Virus record (IMG/VR): IMGVR_UViG_3300028886_000029
Coordinates: 174,007-238,006 of that record
Origin: a virus
Taxonomy: Duplodnaviria > Heunggongvirae > Uroviricota > Caudoviricetes
Strand: one strand, 5' to 3'
DNA length: 64,000 bases
Program-made: the position numbers and the translations under genes
The notes under the pieces: generated by a model
Databases searched by the model: none
Told to the model about the DNA's origin: nothing
Seen by the model: only the letters and a program-made list of their open reading frames with translations
Shown here: positions 29,533 to 39,710 of the stretch, piece by piece
How the letters are laid out: every line of letters begins with the position of its first letter
Numbering within the stretch: the first letter of the stretch is position 1

Positions 29533-29799
29533 CCATTCTTTCTTTTTCTTTTCAATCCATTCATCTGTTTCAGGATTATCCTCAGGCTTCAAATAAACAT
29601 TACTTATTGTCAAACCTTTCACTCCATTAACTTCACTAATTTTAAACAACTTATTATTATCCTCAATAAACTGCATCAACTCAGTCTTTTTTACACCAAG
29701 TTCCTTGGCAGTATCGGTTAGTACAGCATAATTTTTACATTCTATTTTCTGAATCAGATTAACAATTCTTTTAATTTCAGTTATTTCAAGTTTTCCCAT
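29533..29799 (-). pseudogene. 5' half of the interrupted gene (HTH-like N-terminus)
   Basis: MGKLEITE..LTDTAKELGVKKTELMQFI..EWIEKKKKEW; reads through into the element end and stops at 29476. Confidence 0.7.
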
Positions 29800-29844
29800 A
29801 AAAAATATATTTAACATTATATTACTTACAAAAATCATGCCGAA

Positions 29845-30603
29845 CTATCTCCAAAAACAATAAAGACACTTATTATTACATTGGTGTGGTTTGTCTTTAA
29901 TTAATTCAGTCTTATTTTCACTACAGCCACAATGTGTTCTCACATTTTTATTGCCGATAAGTGTAATTTTGTCAGTCAAACCCAATATTTCAATATCTTT
30001 TTGGGAAAGACATGGTGTTGTTTTAAACTCAAACGGTTCCCCAACCGGTGGCTCACCACACATCTCAAGCCTCATATCCAACATTTGACAAACTTCAAAA
30101 ATTTTTGAAAATGCTTTCCACCTATTATCTTCATCAGCATGAAAAGTGTTATATGGTAACTTAATATTCTCATTTTTAAACCTTTCTTTAACGTGTTCAT
30201 ACATATCAAGAAATGATATCCTAACTCTTTTTATACCTAAATCCCTAAATAACTCAATAACACTAATCGCTGTCTCAACACCTTTTTCAGTTGGCACAAT
30301 AGGGTCAACTCTTAAAACAATTTGTTTAACAGGAAAACCTTTATCAATAAGTTTCTTTACTTGTTGATAACTCCATTCTTTTTTAGGTACAAGTGGTTCT
30401 ATTTTGCTACCACCCATTCCAGTCACAGTACAGTGTAAGATTATTTTCTCCTTATTCTCTACTATTTTATCAATAAGTTTATCAGTCAACCTTTTTGTTA
30501 TTATAAGATTTCCTGCATATAAATTATCGAAAATTTCAAGGTGAAAACTTGGGTCTGAAATCTCAGTTGTACCAAATCTTTGTGTTTTATCAGATAACGC
30601 CAT
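29845..30603 (-). CDS. DUF1848-like / radical-SAM-related Fe-S protein
   Basis: ITK, TVTGMG..IEP.VP, LRVDPI, ISFLD, C.E, CGC and C-terminal CNNKCLYCFW. Confidence 0.7.
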   Translation of the reverse strand: MALSDKTQRFGTTEISDPSFHLEIFDNLYAGNLIITKRLTDKLIDKIVENKEKIILHCTVTGMGGSKIEPLVPKKEWSYQQVKKLIDKGFPVKQIVLRVDPIVPTEKGVETAISVIELFRDLGIKRVRISFLDMYEHVKERFKNENIKLPYNTFHADEDNRWKAFSKIFEVCQMLDMRLEMCGEPPVGEPFEFKTTPCLSQKDIEILGLTDKITLIGNKNVRTHCGCSENKTELIKDKPHQCNNKCLYCFWR

Positions 30604-31027
30604 TTATTTTAAGTTTTACAATTATATTTTCTATTGTGTTTTCAAATGACCCAAACCAATCCTCATCCCTCAATATCTGTTCATATTTGCTGTCATTGTC
30701 ATTCCTTTTCCACACTGTATAAAAATAACCTGTTCTATCATTCAACGCAAAAGTATATACAGGTATCATCTCAATGACAATATTGTATTTCTCAGACAAC
30801 CAATCAAAAACCTCAGCATATGTTGGTGCTTTATAATATTTTCCATATATATAATCCTCATATTCAATTAACTGCCCTTCTTTATATTTTCTTACACCAA
30901 GATTATTATCAGTAGTACCTTCAACACCGTCCTCACCTGCGTAACTTGGTGTGTCACTATAATCCGATACTCTGTTATCTAAAATCTTTGCGATTTTAAA
31001 ACTAACTATTTCACAATATTTTTCCAT
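30590..31027 (-). CDS. Hypothetical phage protein
   Basis: VSFKIAK..APTYAEVFDWL.EK.NI pattern; tiled with neighbours. Confidence 0.6.
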   Translation of the reverse strand: MEKYCEIVSFKIAKILDNRVSDYSDTPSYAGEDGVEGTTDNNLGVRKYKEGQLIEYEDYIYGKYYKAPTYAEVFDWLSEKYNIVIEMIPVYTFALNDRTGYFYTVWKRNDNDSKYEQILRDEDWFGSFENTIENIIVKLKINGVI

Positions 31028-31039
31028 GTTACAAATAAA

Positions 31040-31831
31040 CTATATATTTTTATTAATCACTTTTATTGCCTCAGGTGGTATGTTGTCAAAAGTCCAAATG
31101 GCTCTAACTAAATTAGGGTCACCATAAAATTTTATATTACCACATTTCTCAGTATCTATTTCCAAAAGTGTATACGGAACATCTCTCTTTTTATTATTAT
31201 TTGTTGAACTATATAACTCATCAGCGAAAAAAGTATAGTTTACATCTAAATTTCTATCCAAAAAACAATATATTCTCTCAGGATGCTCACCTAATTTGTT
31301 TCCTGAATGTGGTATTAATCCGTTCTTAAGAATTTTATCTAACTTATTAGTTGGTGTTAAATGATAAACATATTTTGATGTTTTAATTATATCTTCTTGT
31401 CTGTTTTTTTCAAAAGAATATACAAAAAAATTCTTATTTTTGTAATATGGATTAACAACCGCCAATGTCCAACCACAAGCTGTGAAAAATTGTTTTATCT
31501 TTTCAATATCTTTAAATTCTTTGGGAATTATCATTGATATACTACTAACCTCATCAGAACCATATTCATGTTCATTTTTCCGATATGTGTCAAAAGTAAT
31601 ACCAATATCATTATTGTTATTCAAAAAATCATGTTCAAAACCAATATCATATTCTTTTCTAAGTATATTGAATATTTTTTCAGCATCATATGATTTAAAA
31701 ACACCTTCAGTAATTATCATATCAATTGTTTGTGGTAACTCAGTAAAATACCTCCGCAATTGTCCATTTCTTTCCGATATGATATCTATTTTTTCTATCA
31801 ATTTTTTTATTTTGTTAATTTCTTTGTCCAT
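31040..31831 (-). CDS. ADP-ribosyltransferase-fold protein (Tpt1/KptA NAD-lobe-like)
   Basis: VYHLT..ILKNGL..RIY..LLEID..FY.DPN..T.DNIPP.AI. Confidence 0.6.
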   Translation of the reverse strand: MDKEINKIKKLIEKIDIISERNGQLRRYFTELPQTIDMIITEGVFKSYDAEKIFNILRKEYDIGFEHDFLNNNNDIGITFDTYRKNEHEYGSDEVSSISMIIPKEFKDIEKIKQFFTACGWTLAVVNPYYKNKNFFVYSFEKNRQEDIIKTSKYVYHLTPTNKLDKILKNGLIPHSGNKLGEHPERIYCFLDRNLDVNYTFFADELYSSTNNNKKRDVPYTLLEIDTEKCGNIKFYGDPNLVRAIWTFDNIPPEAIKVINKNI

Positions 31832-31872
31832 TTTTTTTGTGTAAAATTACAAAATTTTTATCTTAAAAACAA

Positions 31873-31902
31873 AAAAAGTCACTAAAAATTTAGTGACTTT
31901 TT
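31873..31902 (-). terminator. Terminator after the tail sheath gene
   Basis: AAAAAGTCACTAAA-loop-TTTAGTGACTTTTT. Confidence 0.75.
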
Positions 31903-31923
31903 CGTAAGTATTTAATTATCAAT

Positions 31924-34914
31924 TTATTCTTCGAATTCTATTTGTTCTGGGTATACAACAAATGAAATCGAGATTACCTCTAATGCAGGTGTAGGTTTGA
32001 CAAGTATCTTACATGGGAGAATATGTTGGTCTCTTGTCTCAGGTGTTGATTCAGTAACAACCCTATAATCAACTATACCTCTATTTGATTTAACATCAGC
32101 AAGAATTGGCTCAACCAATGACCTGAATTGTTTTTCAAGTGTTGCATCATATTGTTCAAAGATAAGGTGTTTAGCCGCCTCTGTGACAAGTTTCTTAATT
32201 CTAAGCATTAGTCTCCTGACATTAATTCTATTAAGAGGACTTTCTTGTGTATAGAGGGTCTTGTTACCCCATACTTTAACGCCATCCTGTGCGAAAGACT
32301 TGATTGGATTAATTCTACCTTCGTAAAGTGTATCCTCATCATACAATGTTGTTTTGATATCTGCTTTAATACAGTCAACATTACCTCTTTCAGTACCAGC
32401 TGGTGCGAACCAAGGGAAACTGTTGTTATCAGTAGCGGCCATATTTCTAACAACATCCTTAGTCACAGGAAGAACAGTATACATTTTAGCGTCCGCATCA
32501 TAATATCTCACCCATGGCCAATAAGTACAAGCGTATGATGATGTCAACTCACTGTCTTCAAGTTCGTCAACTACAGCCTCAGGTGTCTTATCCTCATTGA
32601 CATCCTTAGGTGCGTTGATAATATAGAGGGCATCACCGCCTCTACCGTCCTCACTATCCTCAATCATATCAAGGGCATCCTCAACAAGAAGTGTATGATT
32701 TGAATAGTCAACACCTGGTGTTGCGAAAAGATTGATATCAACATCCTGAGGATTAGCGAACTGTTTATAACCTGCAAGATAAGCGTAATAGTCAGTATTG
32801 ATGGCATTTACAGGAAGACCTAATTTAAGTGTAGGGTCAAGCGCAAGTTCAGTTGAACTAATCACACTGAAAGGACAGCCACTAACAATAGCGTATTTAG
32901 ATGCTTTGTAATCGTCTTTATTGGTTCTTTCAGGTCTGTAAATATCCCAACCATCGAAACCACCATAAGGATAAACAGTGAATTTTCTCAAATTAATATC
33001 CTCATAAATTGTCCCGTCAACATAGTCCTCATTGAAAAGTCTTGGAATTTTTACGGACTGTGCGGCTTTCTGCATAGGGTCAACAGTTGTAAATGTATAA
33101 CCACTTTCTGAGTCAACAAAGACTGAAACACCTGACATTGGATTTTCTACTGTCTCACCTGATATGTCAGTCAAAGTCCTATAAGGCATTGAAAGAATTG
33201 CGTCAAGGTGGAAACCGTTAGTAATCTTATTAGGGTCAGCGTCACCGTTTCCGTTCTCATATGCGGTCACACCCTTATAGTTAAGAACATCAACATCAAG
33301 AATCTCATTGTTAAGACCAAAATATTGTCTCTTAGGTTTAATAGCGTCATTGAAAATCGTGTTATAGGCGATGTCAATCCTACCCTCAGCACCAAGTCCA
33401 TAAGTTGGCATTGGATAACCAAGGAAACCGCAAGGTACACAAGATTCAATACCATCCTCATCAGCGATTTCAACTGTCACATATTTTGACTTGGCTACAT
33501 AACCGCCATCAAACGTACCAATTTTATAACCAATATAATTATTGGCACCAGGAACCATTGAACAGTTAATGAATTTCTCCAAAACAACAGGTGAAGCATC
33601 TGTGTCATAGAAATCCCTAATCCAAATATCAAACAATCCCTCATCAGGTCTAATCCTTTGGATAGACACTTTCACTTGATAATTAGCGGCGTTACCGTCA
33701 GAAATTGTATAGAATTTGAAAAGTTTCTTCACATTAATTGACTTATTTGTCGCTTCCTTAACCTCAGAAACAATCCAAGGGGTTTGGGCACATCTGTAAG
33801 TCTCTTTATAATTGGTGTAATCTTCGTCGTCTTTGATTTTCACACCATCACCATTATTAATAGCCTCAAACTTAACAGGAGTTGCCACTTTCGCCAACAC
33901 TTTTCTTTCTTTGAAAGTATATTTGGTTTTAGCGGTATTGTCATATGAATCCCCATTAATAATGAATTCATCCGTATATTCTCCCCTTTCATTCTCTTTT
34001 AGCACACCTTTTTTACCATCCCATACATACCCATAAGAAAGAGTATCACCTGATGTTAATGTCTGTCCTGATTCAACAATAACCTCAGATAAAACATCTG
34101 CATTTTGAAGATAGTACTCATATGCGTAATCATATACAGCCTCAATGAACAATGGAGCCGTACCAACAAGAGGGTCAATTGAGAAAACATTATAGATGTA
34201 AGACCTGTCTGATGGATTTAATGAGACATTGTAATTAACTGTGGTTTCAGCACTCACACCACCTGTCCACTGTGTGTAAGTAACATTAAGACCGAATTTA
34301 CCAATTTCAGTTTTTCCGCTTGCATCGGCATATGCGCCTTTGGTTCCATCGCTTAACTCAACGACAACACCTTCAAGTGGAACCTCTGTCGTCTCGCCTG
34401 TAACAACACAAAGTGCGTCATACTCAGGTGCCTCAAAAGAAACAACCTCAACTTTTGTGACATATGGATTAAAAGCCTCTTGTTCCGCTTTTTCGCATTC
34501 ACCACCCTCAGTTTTAGCGTTATAATCAGCCTTAGACCTAAGGATAACCAATGGGAATTTCTTGTCACCTACGGTTGCATAGACACCGAAAGCACTACTA
34601 TTCTCATAACCTGAAAGACCAAGCACTCTCACAACATTAAGATTCTTGGATTCTTTAAGATATTCTTTAGCAACATAAGGCAACTCGTATTTAGGTAAAC
34701 CACTTCCCTTATATTTTTCAGGTGAAGTTCCACCAAAGTAGTCTACAAAGTCAGCCCAATCAGTAACAGGTACCGCTTGGAACGCAGGACCTTTCAAGGT
34801 TTCACCTGCAAGACCAAGATTAGTAATACCAAGACTTTTGGCTGAGTAGAGGACATCCTTTTCTTCTGTATAAACACCTGGTGAGACATGTCCACCTCTT
34901 GCATCACTTATCAT
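31924..34914 (-). CDS. Contractile tail sheath protein
   Basis: SPGVYTEE..GETLKGPAF..VVRVLG; WFAPAG.ERG; INPI; VWGNKTL; LNRINVRRL; KPT.ALE.I. Confidence 0.95.
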   Translation of the reverse strand: MISDARGGHVSPGVYTEEKDVLYSAKSLGITNLGLAGETLKGPAFQAVPVTDWADFVDYFGGTSPEKYKGSGLPKYELPYVAKEYLKESKNLNVVRVLGLSGYENSSAFGVYATVGDKKFPLVILRSKADYNAKTEGGECEKAEQEAFNPYVTKVEVVSFEAPEYDALCVVTGETTEVPLEGVVVELSDGTKGAYADASGKTEIGKFGLNVTYTQWTGGVSAETTVNYNVSLNPSDRSYIYNVFSIDPLVGTAPLFIEAVYDYAYEYYLQNADVLSEVIVESGQTLTSGDTLSYGYVWDGKKGVLKENERGEYTDEFIINGDSYDNTAKTKYTFKERKVLAKVATPVKFEAINNGDGVKIKDDEDYTNYKETYRCAQTPWIVSEVKEATNKSINVKKLFKFYTISDGNAANYQVKVSIQRIRPDEGLFDIWIRDFYDTDASPVVLEKFINCSMVPGANNYIGYKIGTFDGGYVAKSKYVTVEIADEDGIESCVPCGFLGYPMPTYGLGAEGRIDIAYNTIFNDAIKPKRQYFGLNNEILDVDVLNYKGVTAYENGNGDADPNKITNGFHLDAILSMPYRTLTDISGETVENPMSGVSVFVDSESGYTFTTVDPMQKAAQSVKIPRLFNEDYVDGTIYEDINLRKFTVYPYGGFDGWDIYRPERTNKDDYKASKYAIVSGCPFSVISSTELALDPTLKLGLPVNAINTDYYAYLAGYKQFANPQDVDINLFATPGVDYSNHTLLVEDALDMIEDSEDGRGGDALYIINAPKDVNEDKTPEAVVDELEDSELTSSYACTYWPWVRYYDADAKMYTVLPVTKDVVRNMAATDNNSFPWFAPAGTERGNVDCIKADIKTTLYDEDTLYEGRINPIKSFAQDGVKVWGNKTLYTQESPLNRINVRRLMLRIKKLVTEAAKHLIFEQYDATLEKQFRSLVEPILADVKSNRGIVDYRVVTESTPETRDQHILPCKILVKPTPALEVISISFVVYPEQIEFEE

Positions 34915-34955
34915 ATTCTTTATAAATTAGTTTTATTATTATTCTTAATTTTCTA

Positions 34956-34962
34956 ATAAATA
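34956..34962 (-). promoter_or_regulatory. Putative late promoter TATTTAT (sheath)
   Basis: ACTATTTATTA 41 nt upstream of the sheath ATG. Confidence 0.55.
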
Positions 34963-35001
34963 GTATGTTTAAACCAAAAAACCTAAAACACTGAAAAAAT
35001 A

Positions 35002-36153
35002 TTAGATATTTTCAACAATAATGTCCTCACCTGTTTGGTTATAACCGTCATTTTTCTTGATATCATAAACAACATCCTTGTTGTAACCTTTCAGTATTAT
35101 CATCGCGGTTTTTACTGAATTTTTTTTACCGAGTTTTTTTATTTTAATCTCATCATTTTCTTTTACGGTAAATGTTTCACCTCTTGAGATTATTTCCTTG
35201 ATGTTTATAATTTCGTCATTTACTTTAAAAACAAAACTAAAAACATTCTCATATTCAATTTCTTTAATAGTAAAATTAGTGTCAATAACAAATTTAATTT
35301 TGTCATCACAAGGCGCAAAACTCATTGTGACTGTAATGGGTTTATAATAAAAATCATTCTCAGGGCAAACAATCGCACCTTCCTCAATGTCGGCATATGT
35401 CTCTTTTCTTTCCTCCATGTCAAAACCAAGTATTCTCATGGCAGGTTTTTCCTCAACGACAAAATAGTCTTCAGGGATAATATACGCCTTAACCAAAATA
35501 GAGGCTGATTGGGAATAGAATTGTCTATCATCAATATTATAAACTGATTCGTCACTGACAGACTCAAGATTCATTGACATGAAATGTCCTTTAGGTCTAA
35601 AGTAAGCGGTAATCGCTTTAAACTTTTCCTGTATCGCTTGGTTAAACTGATTTAGTAACTCATATTTATTGGTCATCACACTGACAATATATCTGAAATC
35701 AACACCCAATGGTTGTTTCATTCTATAGTCAATATAATATTTTCTATCATTCTTATCCCTTGCCTCCACTCTTTTCATTAAGAATGTCTGCTCACCAGGG
35801 ATATTCTTAGTCACATCATTAATTGTACCTGTCTGTGGGTTACTTTCTCTTGTCACGGTTTTAAAATTCAAAACAGGATTTTTTTTCTCATCCACATGTT
35901 CCCACATTTGAAGATATTCAGAAAATCTTTGGTTTGAGAAAAGTGTATATGTTGGTAATTTTTTCCCTTCATAACTGATATCCAACTCGTCTTCCACCCA
36001 TTTTTTGAAAGCCTCATCAATGTCCTCATAAGTAACTGGATTAGGAAGTGGGGAAGAGTTAGATAACTCCTCCTTAGTTAAGTTCTGTCTTCTTTCAAGA
36101 CCGTATGATTTATCTCTTAAAACTAATTTGTTTTTAAAATTAATACTTCCCAT
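35002..36153 (-). CDS. Tail terminator/completion protein (probable)
   Basis: EDIDEAF..P..VD..Y..LNQ..LES motifs; lies between the neck and sheath genes. Confidence 0.5.
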   Translation of the reverse strand: MGSINFKNKLVLRDKSYGLERRQNLTKEELSNSSPLPNPVTYEDIDEAFKKWVEDELDISYEGKKLPTYTLFSNQRFSEYLQMWEHVDEKKNPVLNFKTVTRESNPQTGTINDVTKNIPGEQTFLMKRVEARDKNDRKYYIDYRMKQPLGVDFRYIVSVMTNKYELLNQFNQAIQEKFKAITAYFRPKGHFMSMNLESVSDESVYNIDDRQFYSQSASILVKAYIIPEDYFVVEEKPAMRILGFDMEERKETYADIEEGAIVCPENDFYYKPITVTMSFAPCDDKIKFVIDTNFTIKEIEYENVFSFVFKVNDEIINIKEIISRGETFTVKENDEIKIKKLGKKNSVKTAMIILKGYNKDVVYDIKKNDGYNQTGEDIIVENI

Positions 36154-36165
36154 TTTTTATTTTCT

Positions 36166-36711
36166 TTATCCTTGAAATTCATTTGTATCAACATAAGCAC
36201 CAATACATTCTCTAAAATATGGCATTTTTCCATAAATAGTATTTTTATTAGATGTCGTATTCATTCTTCCGTCATTAGTAACAGTGAAGAAAATCCTATA
36301 TTCAGGTGTTATGTCAATACCAATGTAATCACCTCTGTTAATATCGCAATGTTTCTGTTCCAACTCAAGATTTAAGACACTAAAAGTTAGTTTTCCTGGT
36401 TTGGCATACATACCCTTACTACTCTGTTGATTGTAGGCTTTATTTTCTGCTTCTTCTATTTGATAAACGCAAGTCAATTCCACGGGTGGTTTAAACCTAA
36501 TTTCTGATTTTTGCGCTTCTTTATATATATCATTCACCTTGGTTTTTTGTAAATCAACTTGATAGAGAACTATGGTTTGGTTTGCATCTTGTTCCATATA
36601 TTCCCTTGCGAAATCCATTTCTGTATTAAAGTCCTCACTACCGAAAAATTTATTATTTCTCTTAATTGGATTTTTTCTTCTTAACTCATATCTATCAAAC
36701 TCAATTGCCAT
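36166..36711 (-). CDS. Neck/head-closure protein (probable, T4 gp14-like position)
   Basis: NQTIVLYQVD..T..NDIY.EA..F.PPVE..GDYI; TATTTAT at 36745-36751. Confidence 0.5.
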   Translation of the reverse strand: MAIEFDRYELRRKNPIKRNNKFFGSEDFNTEMDFAREYMEQDANQTIVLYQVDLQKTKVNDIYKEAQKSEIRFKPPVELTCVYQIEEAENKAYNQQSSKGMYAKPGKLTFSVLNLELEQKHCDINRGDYIGIDITPEYRIFFTVTNDGRMNTTSNKNTIYGKMPYFRECIGAYVDTNEFQG

Positions 36712-36889
36712 GATTTTCTTTTTTTGTAACTAGTATTATATATTATAAATATATATTTTTTCTTTAAAATATATTATTATTAATATATAATATTATATAT
36801 AATATAAATAATATCTATTTATTTTGTTTTTTATTTTAAAAATTTATATATTTGTTAATAAATAAAGATTACTAGTTAATACTAGTTAT

Positions 36890-38905
36890 ATGAGAAAAAT
36901 TGACGACAAGACAAAAGCCATAGATTTACTCAAGAAATATGACGGAGAAAACCCTTATTTACTAACATTGAAAAATGATGTATTTAATAGGGGTGTGTCG
37001 CTTATTGATTTCAATGTTGAGTATATTTTAAAAAATATTGATTTTAAACCGAAACTAATCAATAAAATTGTTAAAATAAGTGATTGGTACGGCGAAAAAC
37101 TTCAAAAGGATTGGAACATTGATTTCAAACCTGAAAAACTTCGTATTAAATACCTTTTAGGAGAGACAGAGACGACATTTCATGTATTAATGAAATACAG
37201 ACAGAACATGGAATACATTTATTTGTTTTTATCTAAAAAAGGTGTAATGACAAATTTTCTTTTTGAGGATTATAAACAAGATATTGATTTTGAAAGATAT
37301 AATACTCTATCCAAAACATATAGACCTGACAAACCAAGACAAATTAAAGAACACCAAAAGGAAGGCATAAAATTTCTATTATCAAGAAAAAAGTGTATTA
37401 TCGCAGATGAAATGGGATTAGGGAAATCCCTAACTTTATCTGTTGCCTCAGTTGAGGGTAATTTTGACAGTGTACTTGTTATTTGTCCCGCATCTTTAAA
37501 AACCAATTGGTTTGATGAATTATCATACTATGTCCCAACCAGGGAAATTTCAATTATTGGAAGTGTGACCGGTATGAAGAAAAATGAATTGGAAACATAT
37601 CTTGGTTATGGTGTTGGTAAATCAGGTAAGAGTATAAGTGAATTACAGACCGAAGCGAAAGAAAGAGGTAAATGGACAGATAATAGATATGTTATAATAA
37701 ATTATGACATATTGAGTGATGTATATACTATACCAAAATCAAGAAAAAAAACAGACATTGAGGAAGCAAAAGAAAAAAGTCCTATTTTAAAGTTTATTGA
37801 AGGGAAAAAATCTTTAATAATTATTGATGAGGCTCATAGATTATCAAACATGAAGTCTCAACAATACAAAATTATTTCCCAACTAATTAAAAAAGGAAAC
37901 CCTGATAGTGTATATCTATCAACAGGCACACCAATCACGAACGACCCGACTAATTATTATAATATACTTTCCTTAATTGAAAACGATGTGACAGGAGATT
38001 GGCAATATTACATGGAAAGGTACTGTAGTGCAATAAAAATTCCAAAAGACGGAAAAGAGAAAAGAAAAAGGGACATAATCACATCTAATTTCATAAAAGA
38101 ACATAACAAAAAAAATTGGTATGACTTAACTGATGAGGAAAAAAAGGAACTGAACAATCTAATTTCAAGAAATTGTAAGATTATCACCATACCTAAAGAA
38201 GCGTCCAATCTGGAAGAACTAATGGAAAGGACAAAACATATTTATTTAAGAAGAGTTAAAGAGGACTTAGACACATTACCGTCTAAATATGTACATGAAT
38301 ATGTTTATGAATTGTCTGATAAAGAACAAGAGGAATATGGAAAACTATGGGAAGAGTATGAGAAAGAAAAAAAAGAATTAGACCCTGAAAAAGAAATCAA
38401 TAAAGAACTATTGGAAGGCGCATTATATAGAAAATATTTATCTAATCAAATGGTTCCTCATACGATTGAATTGACTAACAAATGTCTTAGAAGAGGTGAA
38501 AAAGTAATTATTGCTTGTTGTTATGACGAAGAATTATATTCTTTAAAAGATTATTATAAAGATATTTGTGTGATTTATAATGGTAAAATATCATCAAAAG
38601 AAAAAGATGAGGCCAAAAAGAAGTTTATGACAGATGATACTTGTAAGGTGTTTATTGGTAATATTATTGCTGCCGGTGTTGGACTGACATTGACTGCAAG
38701 TAGGATTATGATTTTTAACAATTTTGATTGGGTACCAGGAAATTGCCGACAAATGGAAGATAGAATTTATAGAATAGGGCAAACAAGAGATTGCCACATA
38801 TTTTATCAATTTTTTAAAAACACCCAATACGAAAAAATGTGGAACACTGTTTTAAGAAAAGAATTGGTTATTAACCAAATAATTAAGAAAGAGGAAGAAA
38901 AATAA
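36890..38905 (+). CDS. SNF2-family (HARP/SMARCAL1-like) helicase
   Basis: ADEMGLGKS, CPASLK.NW, INYD, DEAH, STGTP, LRR.K, AAGVGLTLT, QMEDRIYRIGQ. Confidence 0.92.
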   Translation: MRKIDDKTKAIDLLKKYDGENPYLLTLKNDVFNRGVSLIDFNVEYILKNIDFKPKLINKIVKISDWYGEKLQKDWNIDFKPEKLRIKYLLGETETTFHVLMKYRQNMEYIYLFLSKKGVMTNFLFEDYKQDIDFERYNTLSKTYRPDKPRQIKEHQKEGIKFLLSRKKCIIADEMGLGKSLTLSVASVEGNFDSVLVICPASLKTNWFDELSYYVPTREISIIGSVTGMKKNELETYLGYGVGKSGKSISELQTEAKERGKWTDNRYVIINYDILSDVYTIPKSRKKTDIEEAKEKSPILKFIEGKKSLIIIDEAHRLSNMKSQQYKIISQLIKKGNPDSVYLSTGTPITNDPTNYYNILSLIENDVTGDWQYYMERYCSAIKIPKDGKEKRKRDIITSNFIKEHNKKNWYDLTDEEKKELNNLISRNCKIITIPKEASNLEELMERTKHIYLRRVKEDLDTLPSKYVHEYVYELSDKEQEEYGKLWEEYEKEKKELDPEKEINKELLEGALYRKYLSNQMVPHTIELTNKCLRRGEKVIIACCYDEELYSLKDYYKDICVIYNGKISSKEKDEAKKKFMTDDTCKVFIGNIIAAGVGLTLTASRIMIFNNFDWVPGNCRQMEDRIYRIGQTRDCHIFYQFFKNTQYEKMWNTVLRKELVINQIIKKEEEK

Positions 38906-39710
38906 ATATGGAAGAATATATTTTAGTTAAAAGAAAAATCGGAAATATATTTAATGGTTTTGGTTTAGGCAAAACTTTTTCATTGAATGAAGGATTAATA
39001 AAAACTGAACCAATTGAAAAATTAGTTAAACATGCGAAAGAATACTGTAACTTTGCCTCAAGTGCTAATGAATATAACAGAGGCAATTATCAAGGGGTGA
39101 TTAGAATTGTTGACGGTAGTAATGGTACAAAAGCAATAAAAACTATTTTCCATAAATCAGAATATAACGAAAAACTAATTGACACAATGTTCAATACTTA
39201 TGGTTATTTTAAGTCTAATGTTGAAAATTTAGACAATAATTATATTGCTATTGAATATGAAGCAAAATTTGAAGAAATTTTAAATAAACAATTAGAAAGT
39301 AAAGGATATATTTATCATTTAACAACTGAAAAAAAACTAAACAATATTTTGAAAAATGGAATTAAGACACATAAGGGGAACAATACATTTAATTATCCAC
39401 ATAGAAGTTATTTTTTTACTAATTTAATGACAGATGAATTTTTTAAAATGTTTTATAATGAAAAAATTGAATATAACAATAACATTGAATGTGGAAAATT
39501 TTATAAAGTTAGTTTAGTTTTATTAAAAATAGACTTAAAAGGTTTACTTAGAAAAACGAAATTTTACGTAGACCCAAATATGGACAATGGTGTCTATACT
39601 GAAGATTATATACCGCCACAAAATATTACAGTGCAAAAAAAAATAAATTACAAAATCCTTAAAAAAGGTAACGGTGATGTAATAGAAAGAAAATAAATAT
39701 GGAAGAATAT
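38899..39710 (+). repeat. 21-bp direct repeat flanking the ART-fold gene
   Basis: AAAATAAATATGGAAGAATAT at 38899-38919 and 39690-39710. Confidence 0.8.
38908..39696 (+). CDS. ADP-ribosyltransferase-fold protein, paralog of 31040-31831
   Basis: IYHLT..ILKNGI..RSYF..LLKID..FYVDPN..VYTEDYIPP.NI. Confidence 0.6.
   Translation: MEEYILVKRKIGNIFNGFGLGKTFSLNEGLIKTEPIEKLVKHAKEYCNFASSANEYNRGNYQGVIRIVDGSNGTKAIKTIFHKSEYNEKLIDTMFNTYGYFKSNVENLDNNYIAIEYEAKFEEILNKQLESKGYIYHLTTEKKLNNILKNGIKTHKGNNTFNYPHRSYFFTNLMTDEFFKMFYNEKIEYNNNIECGKFYKVSLVLLKIDLKGLLRKTKFYVDPNMDNGVYTEDYIPPQNITVQKKINYKILKKGNGDVIERK

Larger units (their letters stand above)
26359..29533 (-). mobile_element. IS607-family element with tnpA, tnpB and five small cargo ORFs
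   Basis: GGAGAAA at both junctions (29533-29527 and 26360-26354, minus strand); the split gene is restored in frame; subterminal AAAAATATTCA direct repeats at the left end. Confidence 0.85.

Noticed and set aside
26359-29533. IStron (group I intron plus IS607)
   Set aside because: Only about 90 nt separate the left end from the first ORF, and no group I core is recognisable; a covariance-model search would settle it.
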